Shown: positions 40,771 through 52,128 of the stretch, piece after piece
Layout: every line of letters starts with the position of its first letter
Position numbering within the stretch: position 1 is the stretch's first letter
Assembly (NCBI GenBank): GCA_039545335.1
Contig: BCIN01000011.1
Location: forward strand, 1-64,000
Reading direction: 5' to 3'
Source: Kondoa subrosea
Taxonomy: Eukaryota
DNA: 64,000 nucleotides
The notes under the pieces: model-generated
The model's database searches: none
What the model was told of the DNA's origin: nothing
What the model saw: only the letters and a program-made list of their open reading frames with translations
Made by a program: the position numbers and the translations under genes

Positions 40771-41040
40771 GAAAGCCAGAAGAAATTTGATACAGTCAAA
40801 GTCTATCTGCTCTCCAAGGCATCCGAGCAGCCAATCTCAAGCTAGCGGGCGAAGCAGGAAGTCCGACCACTTGACTTCCTGCCACATTCTTGCCTCATCC
40901 CTCTGGACGACCAGTCGCGAGGCTGATTGCCCTTCTCGAAAGCAGAGCAACCTCTGGAGCACGCTGACTAGGGGGCGCACTAGCTTGATTCTGTTATCGG
41001 ATTCCCCTCATACAGGCAAAGATAGAATGGGTATGAAAGT
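40771..41040 (-). ncRNA. Candidate structured ncRNA module, copy A of a diverged tandem pair
   Basis: Closing stem 40837-40847/40978-40988, two branched arms and a 3' hairpin; covaries with copy B; G-U pairs form only on the minus strand. Confidence 0.6.
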
Positions 41041-41122
41041 AATAGAATGAAAAGGTTGAGCTTGCATCTTGAGCCTTCCCATTCCACTACAAACACTCCA
41101 TACACTATTGAAGAATGAATGT

Positions 41123-41376
41123 GAGCGCGAGAACTTTGAACCAAAGTCTCCTTCGCTCGCCAACAGGACGAGCAGCCTGTACCAAACCAGTGGGCGACGC
41201 GAAGAAGTCCGACCAATGAACTTCTTGCGCCCTTCTTGCCACAATCCTACTTTGTCCGATCGCGAGGCTGATTGTCCTCATAGGAAGACAACCGCTGGAG
41301 CACGCTGATCAGGGAAGCACTGGTTTGGTTCTGTCTCGTCGTTGCTTCATTAGACAGATAGAATGGGGCTGGAAGT
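41123..41376 (-). ncRNA. Candidate structured ncRNA module, copy B of a diverged tandem pair
   Basis: Perfect 12-bp closing stem 41181-41192/41318-41329; same architecture and identical loop motifs as copy A, with different stem sequences. Confidence 0.6.
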
Positions 41377-41919
41377 GAAGGAAGTGAAAAAGGGAAGGAA
41401 GATGTTCAGGATGAAGAAGAAATAGAAGCGCAAGCGGCCTTTTTGTTCGAGCTTGTTGTTTCGCCATGGTCTGGTTTGATATTGAACACGAGAAATGGCA
41501 AGCGCCAGATCTGCTAGCGGAACGCAAGCAAAGCGCTGCCCAAAGATGGCTTGACGGAGTAAGAGATGCGAGACTACAAGTAGACGATACGAAACTAGGG
41601 ACAGCAATGACCAGAGCAGGAGACAGAATACAGTTGAAGTCACAAAAAACGAAATGTAAATGAAAGCTTTTAGAGTTGCTGCAATTGCAAGCGACAGACA
41701 GCCTGACGAGAAGAGAGCATACGCGCTAGATCCTTGAGCCGCTGGCGTGCACATTTGCTTCGTATGTTGCGGTTCGGACAGAGAGTGACAATGTCAATGT
41801 CCGTTGATGTTCGAGTCAATATCTTGAGTTTTTGCTACACGCAATGATGCTCAAAGTTAAGTAAAGTCATATGTTTACATTCACAGGTAGTACAACACTG
41901 TCTCCCTGCATGCTTTCGC

Positions 41920-44900
41920 TTACGCTTCAGATCCGTTTGTAATGATTCTGGGAAAAAGTATAAGTTGGCAGCCAAGTGTCACAAGGATAATGCGACATAC
42001 CGTGTAGCGATGTTCATGGCTTGCAACTCCTGAAAGAGTAGCTTCGCAGCATATGGCAGCAAGACTTGAGAGACTATTCAAAGCACGTCAGCTTGTGCAT
42101 GCAACAGAACGCGTAGCCTACTGTTCGTCTTGTTCCTGCACGACCGACATTCAAAGGACTGCTTCTTCAAGTTTGCAATGGCTAAAAGTCCGCAGAAATC
42201 GCAGACATGAATTCTAGATCGCAAGTGAGACAAAATTGTTTCAGGACAAGCAGTCACGTACCGATAGCCATCTGAAGCTTCGAACATCCTCTCTTTCAAG
42301 AAGCCAGCAATACCATGCGAGATCATGCAATCACGTTCCATTTCTCCGAAACGCAGACCACCATCTCTAGATCGACCTTCAACAGGTTGTCTTGTAAGTA
42401 TTTGAACAGGTCCACGAGCACGCGAGTGGATCTTGTCGTCGACCCTGGATCGACCTGATCAGCGGGGCAGGAGCAACCCGTTAGACTACTCACATGTGCT
42501 TCAATCGCTGGTAATACGTTGGACCAAGGTAAACTTGGGCTTGTAATTTTCTTCCAGTGTGACCATTGTACATGACTTCCAATCCACGACTGTGGTAGCC
42601 ATGCTGCTTCAACATATCTGAAATGCCTTCGACGGTAACATCGGTGAAAGGCGTGGCATCTCCTTCTTTTCCACTCAAGGTACCGACTTTACTCAGCAAA
42701 CATTCGACCAAATGCCCAATTGTCATACGCGAAGGAATAGCGTGAGGGTTGATGATAATATCTGGAGTAATACCATCTGCAGTGAAAGGCATATCTTCTT
42801 GACGATAAGTAATGCCGACTGTTCCTTTTTGACCGTGACGTGAGGCAAACTTGTCACCGACCTGCGGTATCCGTGTTGCGCGAGTCCTGATTTTAACGAA
42901 TCTTAGACCTTCAGAGTTGGTAGTGAGCATGACATGATCCACGTAGCCAGATTCAGTTGACTTGAGCGGTGTTGATACGTCTCTTTTGATGTGATCTTTG
43001 CTTCGTAAACCTAATTCTTCACTGTCTGGCGGAAGAGGAGCAGTCTTTCCGATAATAATATCATCTCCAACCACATTGCAGCCGACTCCGATCAATCCAT
43101 CATCTTCTAGCTTATCGTAAGTGCCATGCTTGAGTCGCAGCGTCTCCCTTCTATTTGGTTTCTCAAACTCTTCCATCTGGATGATACCCTTTTTCTTTTC
43201 TTGATCCATATAAGTTCTATAGTATAGCGAACGGAAGAGACCACGATCAATGGAAGATTGAGCCATGATGACGGAATCTTCCTGGTTGTAGCCAGAGTAG
43301 CAGAGAATTGCCACGATCGCGTTTTGACCAGCAGGCAGATCCCGAAAGTGTAGATACTCCATACTCCGAGTTGTCGCGAGAGGTTTTTGAGGGTAATACA
43401 GAATGTTTGAAGAGTTGTCGAGACGGACTTGATAGCTGGTGAGGTAGATTCCCATAGCTTGCTTGCCCATAGCGGATTGATAGGTGTTACGAGGAGACTA
43501 CGGAGATTGTCATGATCTATGCGAGCATATGTTAGAACGAGACAGCATACCTGGTTGTGATCAGGGAAAGGAATAATACTTGCGCAGATACCAAGAATCA
43601 TTGCTGGGTGGATCTCGCAATGTGTCCAAGTATTTGTGCTGACAAAGTTCTTGTGTCGAGCACCGCCAGCGATCTCTGATCTCATTTCTCTTGCGGCTTG
43701 TTGGTCTCTGGACAATTCGATATCTCCAGGTGCCATACAGATCATGACCGTCTCTTCCTCGTCGGCATCCAGGTATTCGACTACACCCTTCTCGAGCAAA
43801 GTAGACCAACTTGTATCTATCGGACTTCCGCCTTCATCGTATTCTTGCTCATCGCCGACAATCTTGCGCACATCGGACTTTGTGATGAGAAGTTCTTGCT
43901 TTTTCTCATCAACAATAAAAAGCGGTCGACAGACTCGACCAGCATCCGTGAAGATTCGTAGCTCGCGCTCTCGCACATCTCTGACCACTGATACTTCATG
44001 ACTGATATCACCACAACGTCTGAGCCTCTTGATTGTGTTGACTAAGGAAGCAGGTTCTCGATGAATACCTTGCCAAACACCATTGACGAAAACTTTGGTG
44101 CCTTTGCCTAGATCAGACGATAATTCTTCCAGATTTTCTAGACCCCATTCCTCCAAGAATTCCACTATAGGAGCTGAAGGTGAACCGACAGAGACATAAG
44201 ACATGAGAGCGAGATTCTTGACCAGACCACAAGCTTGACCTTCAGGAGTTTCAGCAGGACATACCATTCCCCAATGCGAGTTATGTAGTTGACGAGGTTT
44301 AGCAATCTTTCCATCTCGTCCAATAGGTGTGTTACATCTTCGTAAATGTGAAAGCGTTGATGCATAGGTGTAGCGGTTCAGCACTTGAGATACGCCAGCC
44401 TTTGCAGACATTGATTTCTTTTGATCTCCCCAATTTCCTGTTGCGAGCGAATAACGCAGACCATTGGTGATGGTAGAAGATTTGACAGCCGAATTGAGTG
44501 TGAAAGGTTTCTGAGTTTCGACGCACTGTACGATGACGAAGGGAGTAAGCTGCGCCCGACAGCTAATTCACAAGTCACACACCTTTTGTAGATGACGGTA
44601 CACATCTCTTGTTAGCTTGCGGAAGAGCATTCGGAACAGAGCAGCTAAAAGAGGTCCAGCCAAATCCAACCTCTTCCTACCAAAATGATCTCGATCGTCC
44701 AACTCTCTGCGCTCCAAAACAGCAAGCAAAAGACGATGAACCATATAGCCAAAGAAGTAAGCTTTCTTTCCTGATTGTCCTTCCATCATTGAAATATGCG
44801 GTAACATTTCTTTCTGCAGGATTTCATGCGCATACCTCACTCTTCGTTCTCTTGTCAGACCAGTAGTCGTTCCTCTTCTTCCAATGAAATCCAAAGCCAC

Positions 44901-46287
44901 ATCTTGTTCTTGAATAGGGAAAGCTTCTTCAATAGAAGGTTTGAGCATTTCGAAAAGTTCGATATCGTTTCGATCGTAGCAGATATGATCAAGAATATCC
45001 CTATCTGCTATTATTCCAAGAGCACGGAAAACGACCACTATCGGTATATCTTGCTTGATGTAAGGTAATGTTGTTCGAATAACTTTTCCAGTTGCTGCTC
45101 CGCCTTTATCTCCACCTGCTTGTTTGTAGATCTTCACTTGCATTGTAGAAATGGTCTTGCCTCCCTTTTCTACTGCTGAACGAATTTCTGCTAAATGAGT
45201 GACTGCTGAGGGCGCGGCTTTCGCGAAGACATAGACATGGTTGGCTGCCATCCTTTCTTGAGCGATCAAGACTTTCTCAGATCCGTTGATGACAAAGTAG
45301 CCTCCCTGTGATCCGAACGAACTTCTGTACTGCACAAATGGACTACAGATCTCGATTGACCCACCTTATCAAACTCGCACTCGTTCATCTGCGGCAGTAG
45401 CGTAGATTCTATCGAATTGAGAATACAAAAATCCGAATGAAGCATGATAGGGACCTGTACGATGCTGGAGATCATGATCTGGCATGCAGATTATAACCCT
45501 CACGGCGCACCTTTCCGATGTAGACTTTTGATTTCGCTTCATCAGAATGATCTTCTTCGTCAGGTATCCATTTCAGATCTCCAGTTTCAGGATCTACTTC
45601 TCCAGCATCGTTGACAAAGACTTGTTTAGCAATATCGATGTAAAGTGGTGCAGAATATCTGTGCCATCAAAGGAAGCTTTAGCAGAGAGTATGCTAAGTT
45701 TCCCGGTTAACGCACGTCAAGTTTCGCATTCGAGCTTCGTTAGGCGACATAGGCGCTACTGTTCCTTCTGCTTCGGTCATAGTAGGTTTCGAAAGATAGA
45801 TTTGCCCAAATTCGATATTATACCGTCGCTGTAGACACACCCGATTGACCGAATGAGCAGAAGCTCACACGACATAGGGATGACCTACAGCTACATCTGA
45901 TTCTTTCCCTGTATGCTGCCTATTCTGATCTAGAGTAAGAGAAGCGTTCTCATCCACCAATTCCTGTCGTGGGTAGAATGGCTTATGAGATTCAATCTCA
46001 TACTGTCATTCCACCACTGACCTGCATAGTATTGTTCACATATTCATTGAAAGAAGCAATTTGCTGATAGACCAGAGATTTCTCTTTACTGTCCGTCGAT
46101 AACATTCATAAGCTTTCAAATGCTTAGAACAGAGCCAGATAACAGACAAATAAGCGTTGATGACTTCCCAACAATCATCATGCGAGATTGTGCCCTCCTC
46201 ATCTTCATTCAAAGCAGCATTAGGATCCCAATAACCTTGATTTTGTGAAGCTAAGCCTTGACCAGCATGTTGCGCTTGACTACCCAT
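41920..46287 (-). CDS. RPB2: RNA polymerase II second-largest subunit
   Basis: [77 protein letters not shown]. Confidence 0.99.
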
Positions 46288-46592
46288 GAAAGTTTGTTGC
46301 TGTGAAGCTTCTCCAAAACCAAAAGATTGATTCTGAGAATCGCCAAACCATGCTACAATAGAAATATAGCAAAGGTTCTGAATATTTCAATAAGCCTGGG
46401 TAGATCACCTTGTGACATGCTGCCCTTGTACTCAGACGGGGTATAGAGAGCTCTGGTATTCGCCTAGAGCCTTGCGCTGAGGTATCAAGCACAGCAGCTA
46501 ATTCGTGGCGGCACGCTGTTTTCGAACGAGAAACGCGAATTAACAATTTGGCAGAGTAAGTATAGAGGAATAGTACAATGCAAAGCTGCGGT

Positions 46593-48034
46593 CTAATCCG
46601 AATCACTACCATATGCTAAAGAACTCAATCCGACCGTTTGCTTCTTTTGAGTTTGAGGTTGTTGCGCTTTCATACTAGCAACCATTTTCAACCCTTCCAA
46701 CGCACTAGAACTCAACAATCCCCCTAATACAGGTTGTTGTTTCGGTTCAATCATCTTTTGTCTTTTAGCAGCAGGTTCTTGATCTTCTTCTTCTTCAGAT
46801 GAAGGTGGTACTTCTTGATCTGGTAATTCAGGTAATGGTTCTACCAATCCTTCCAGTTCATCCATTTCCCTGACTGCAGCAACGAATTCAGGTTGTAAAG
46901 CTTTAGTGATGCCTTCTTCTCCCGTTCGGACTAAATAAGCTGCTTCGGCTACTTTTGCAGTAGGATTTGGATCTTCCGTTGCCCATCTGTCAGCAGGGAT
47001 TTCCGCTTAAGCAAAGATATTGCACAAACAGACTTATTCACTGACCGGACATTGCACACTTCATCGCCATCTAAAGATTGATTCATCATTGCTTCTTTTG
47101 CGAATTGGGCTTGATGTTCATGTATATAAGTAACAAAAGCTACACCTCTAGCTTGCAATATCTTAACTGTCATATTCAAAGACCACCCAATCAGAACTAA
47201 ATCTGAAAGTAGCGAAGGAGATGAACTGACTTTTCTCAATCTCACCAAATTCCTCAAAATGCCTTTCTACTATATTATCAATATCTTTAGTAGTCTTGAT
47301 TCGACCAATATAAAGCGTTCGGTTCTGTCTTGTGAAAGATCCAACACCTCCCTGTGCGCGAGAACAACTTCGAATCAGTACAAAGACTGAAGTTCGAGCT
47401 GTTCAACGAACCATGTCATCCCTGTAATCTGCATGTTTCTCACGACCAAACACATCCAAAGCAGAATCTGGTAGTTTGTGGGAAGGTAAAGGTAGTCGAT
47501 GTAAGAAATCGCAATCTCTTCCTTTCGGGCAACATCTGTGCATACACAAGTCAACGGTAATCAGTGAGAAACTGATGTGCTGAATGTGTACGCACCCTCT
47601 TGCGAAAAAAAGACAGCAGTAGTTGTTGTTACCTCCGTCTGCTCGAGTGAAACCAGAATCCAGCGCAATATTGACTCGAGATTGAGATTTCTCTTTCCTG
47701 TAAGCCATGCATTCATGTTCAGCACACGATGTTGCAACAGCGAATGCAAGCCTACGCATTGTACTCGTCGTATTTATCACCTCCAGCCCATTTGTTGTAC
47801 CCTGTACATCCAGAACAAGGCTCTAAGCTATAACTAGCTGATAGAATGAGTAGACGTACATAAGTTGTACACTTGACCTGTCTGCTCAGGTGCCTTCTTC
47901 TCAATCTGGCCAACTTCGACCTGCATTTCTCGTTAAAATCGCATCCACTGCTTTGCTCTGCGTGCGACGGGACTCACCTGCTTCCTCGCTGGTCTACGCT
48001 TGACTAGTCTTTTACCCGGTGCAGGCGTAGGCAT
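46593..48034 (-). CDS. CWC2: Pre-mRNA splicing factor Cwc2 (CCCH zinc finger + RRM)
   Basis: RRPARKQV; YNKWAGGD; CLFFARGCCPKGRDCDFLHRLP; DVFGREKHADYRDDMGGVGSF; AQFAKEAMMNQSLDGDEVCNVRWATEDPNP. Confidence 0.95.
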
Positions 48035-48100
48035 ATTGCTTTGTACAACACTCATATCTCTTGCTCGTTCCTATTCAACCATCCTCTCAATTCTCAGAAA

Positions 48101-48839
48101 ATGTTACGTCTACCCTTACTCCGGCGAGCACTACCAGTCCTACAAACTCGAGCAGCATCCACAGCAGCACCCTTTATAGCCAAAGAACCAAATCAAGTAA
48201 CACTTGCGGAATCAAACACTGAAGAAGACCCTCAATTGGTTGGATTGGGTTATCCTACTTTTAAAGGAGCTAGTAGACAATTGAGACCTGCTAAAACTGG
48301 TTGGTGGGATGAACAAGATCGGTTAGTCCTATTCCCTTAGCCTCATATTACTCTATCTCATGATATTTGGCAGCTTAAACCCGGAGGAGACTGTATGTTC
48401 TCGCATTTATCCTTGAACGGAACTTACACTGTGTACAGCTGGCGGAGAACGATGATGTACAGACAATGTGGGGACCAGATCAACATGCCAACTTCCCAGG
48501 TCCATTAGCTTTTAAATACCTTTCCATCGCTTCCGTCGTAATGGCTGGCAGTTGCTACATGATTTATCTCTCTAAACCTGATAGACCATTAGTAAGTTGC
48601 GGTTTGAAGCATGAATTGGATTTAAAGAAGCTGAGAGAATGAGGGGGATTAGGAAAAGAGAAGTTATCCTTATGATGGGTTGAAATTGGAGATGAATGGA
48701 AGAGCGGACTCTCCCTTCAAGGTCGGCGATGACGTGAACATATAAGCTTGGGCTTATTCGTTCTGTTTTGATCCGACAGGCAGCGAGATCGGATTCAGCT
48801 ACTGATGAGGAAGAAGGAGGAGAGGATGAAGAGGAATAG
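48101..48839 (+). CDS. NDUFB8: NADH:ubiquinone oxidoreductase subunit NDUFB8/ASHI
   Basis: Arg/Leu mitochondrial presequence; DPQLVGLGYP...RQLRPAKTGWWDEQDR..PGE..AENDDVQTMWGPD; one TM helix; YPYDGL..ELG. Confidence 0.85.
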
Positions 48840-49991
48840 AGGTATAGGGTAAGTGCTTCATTTAACCTACAAACAAGCCTGCTGATAATCATCGCAGGAT
48901 CATTGTGCAAAATATGAATTCTGAAGAACAGCTCTTCCATCCGTTCCAGTCCTTTCTCTGCCTCATATTGACTTCTCTATGCACGCTCTACTGTGCTTGA
49001 TTGCTCCTTGGCCTGCGCATATCTGGCAAATCATGCTGCTCTTCTGTCACTTGATTCTGCTTTGTCACTTAACATTGACAAACTTCAACGCAACTGGCTA
49101 TGTCGTGTATGAATCGGTAAGCATGCTTCTCTTTAGCTGCTTCGCCAGCTTGAGAGTTATAGTGTGTGTTACAGTGTGAAGAAACCTGTATGGATTTTTG
49201 AACTATGCTTCAGCGCAACTACTGGCTTCTTTATGCTCACTTCTATTCCTTTGATTTTTAACTTTAATCTGCTCTTGCTTCTTGCCCGAAGTGACGAGGT
49301 CCTACTATACTCGCTTGACTGCAGTGTGCTGCTTATCTCAGCATATCTAGCTGCAGGTTGTCATTCACTGGGTGAGCGCTCATTAATTTAGCTGGTATAC
49401 CAGCTGAAGTAGTTGAGCGCGTCACAGATTGCGTTCTCTCGGTACATCATGTGTTTTGGCAAGCATGCAGAACTTGTGATCAGCACGGCTTGTTCAGTTT
49501 TTTCTCGAGCTACTCAATTCAATCTATGGCGTCCAACCTCATAAATCCTGTTCAGCTGCTGCGTTCTCCGGAGATCACGGTAATTAAGTCGGAAGCCTGA
49601 AGGACAAGGTTTCAGACATTCAGCAGTTTCCTTTCATGGCTCCTTCGTGGGCTAGCTGATCAGTTTGCGTTTCCGCACAGCTACCTTCTACCCGGCTGCA
49701 CTCGATCTGCTGGCGGATATCTACTTTCTTGTTTTGGCGCCATATCGCCTCGCTCAACTTCGGACTCGCTTTTTCTACCCTTTCTCCATCTTTCGCGTCT
49801 GTGCATGTAGCTTATCCGACGCGCTGTCTACGAAATCCATGCCTCTGTCGGCGAGAAAGACTTGTCATGGACAAAAACCGTTACGATAAAACGGTCGATC
49901 GCCGCTGTTTACAAAATCTTGAAAAGCGGAATCTTTGTTAACTTCCGCTCTTCCATCGCGCTTCTCTCTTTTTGTTTTGCAACCATCAATC

Positions 49992-51810
49992 ATGATTTCT
50001 GCAATGTCTTCACCACGCATTCGGAAATCACCTAGAATACCTTCGTCAACTTCACCTAAATTCTCACCTAGATCCGTTCTTTCTCCTAAACCGACTTACT
50101 CAGAGTTCCCGTCTGACCGGCCTATATGGCGCCATAAACGTTACCTTCAATTAGCTATCCTCTTACTCCTCTGTCTAATATTTGGGGTGTTAACAAGATC
50201 TTGGCATACACAAAGAGGACAAAAGACAGTAAAGCAAGAATGGTCAAATGATGGATGTTTGGAGAGCATTACGAAACAGAAAGAGATTCTGCATACTACT
50301 TTCAGGGAGATGTTTAGGGATACAAAGAAAGTTGCGCTTATTGGGATTCCGGATCATGCAAAGTAAGCGAGGTCATACTTTCAGCGAGTTTCGCTTAAGG
50401 GATAACAACCGTCTTACAGTAGTCAGTGGTGAATTCAGAAGATGTACTATGCTGATTTGAGTAATAGAGGGCGACAGCATTATTTCGGTAGCGGAACGAA
50501 TGCTTTTGGCTTCATTAGGCATAGAAGTCAGTCTTCTCCTCGTCTGTAAGAATACTGACCGATTTCACAGCTGTGCAGATCATTTATGAATGCATCTCCA
50601 TGCCATTTCACGAACCAGTACCGACAGAGAAAGTTTACAATAGAACAGCTCTAGCGGAAGCTATCGAGGGTCAGAAGAACGTCATGATCGCTCTACAAGG
50701 TTAGATATGCTCTCCGAAGCCGCAGTCGAAAGCTCAGACCATATTACAGGCGGAGGGAATATCAATGATCTTTACAAACCTGAACTTCTCTTGAGATTAG
50801 ATGTGATCGAGCACTTCCCTCGTGAGTGTCCGCTGATTATGCAAGGTCACCTTGCTCATTTTGGTGAACAACTCACAGATGTTCCTATCGTCTCTTTCCC
50901 TCAATCAGTATACTTCGAAGATGCAGAAAACCTTAAATGGACTGCAGATATCTTCGCCCAGCACTCAGATCTGCAGATGGCTTGGCGCAGTAAAAAGTCA
51001 TATGACTATGCAATGAAGCATTTTGCTCCGCGAGGCGTGAAGTGCTATTTTACACCAGACATTGCCTTCTATATCGGTCAGCGTCATGGTGAGCACATAT
51101 TCAGACACCCAGGAGAGTTCTCACTGATGCTCCTTAGATCTGCGGTCTTTCTACAAGCCAAAGCGAGATCTGTATGTTGCGCTGAATATCATATTTGCTC
51201 AGAATGGCATGGTACTGACTGATTGAATAGGCTGATCTTCCAGCGCTTGGATATGGAAGGCACACAGTGGTTCAACGAAAGCATGTTGCGAGACTTTACA
51301 ATTCCTCTCAAAGGTCGATTAGCTGGATACAGGGCTGTAGACTATCTGGCAGGAGAGTGAGTATGTCGCTGCATCATGCGTCACAAGCTGACGAGCTGCT
51401 GCACAGCTGGATCACAAATGACATAAGGACTGACGAGAAGCTCGAATCAAGCTTAGCCCAAATCTCGGTAGGTTTCTTGTCATCCTGCAGAGCCGTCAAC
51501 TCATCTTCCACTAGCATCTGCGGTGGGAGCTTGGTGCTGAAGCTGTATCAGCCAATGGAAGATTTGCTGTTATCGATCGCTTGCACGGTAAGTCTGGTCC
51601 AGTCTTTCGAGACACCCTTTTGGTAATCGAGTAGGTCATATTACTGCCACTCTGCTTGGCGTTCCGCATGTGCTTCTCGATAACAAGATCGGCAAGTTGT
51701 CGGACTACCATAACTCTTGGACTTCTTCTTGCAATCTGGTCAAATTGGCTACAACACCAACTCAGGCGATTGAAATGGCACAGACGTTCTTCTTAGATGA
51801 GCAGAGGTAG
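49992..51810 (+). CDS. Polysaccharide pyruvyl transferase family protein (Pvg1-like, type II membrane), many introns
   Basis: N-terminal TM anchor; IPDHANRGDSII; GGGNINDLY; FPQSVYF; TPDIAF; DRLHGHITATLLGVPHVLLDNKIGKL. Confidence 0.85.
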
Positions 51811-52128
51811 ACTCCACATCTTTGATTGCAAGACGATGCTCATCGCTCGCTCGCTAGCTATGCATCAAAGTTCGATTGAGCAAGTGCATTTTAGGGCATC
51901 ATACAGCGCCGAGAATCAACATCACGATATCATACATGTAGAGCAACCAGAACAGGGAGTGCATAGAGTACCGTTCATATCGATCATATACATTTACAAT
52001 TCTGCTATTGAACAAAACTGAAATCATATATTGTACATCGAATCCTCAGCTATGTCCTCTTTCCTCTCCGTCTACACTCTACTACTAATCTATCAGCTAT
52101 TTTATCTCACGTGATTTGAGAACTCACT

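Noticed and set aside
40762..40776. CTGATGA-TT-GAAA hammerhead-like core on the plus strand
   Set aside because: No stem II, no stem III with an NUH site, and absent from the second copy
40771..41376. Assignment of the structured pair to SRP, U3, H/ACA, RNase P/MRP, 5S or telomerase RNA
   Set aside because: No GNRA-capped helix 8, no conserved C/D or B/C boxes, ACA after the 3' hairpin only in copy B, no CR-I/CR-V pair, no CUAACCCUAA template. The upstream UACUUUCA..CAUUCUAU resemblance to U3 box A lacks GGAUC.
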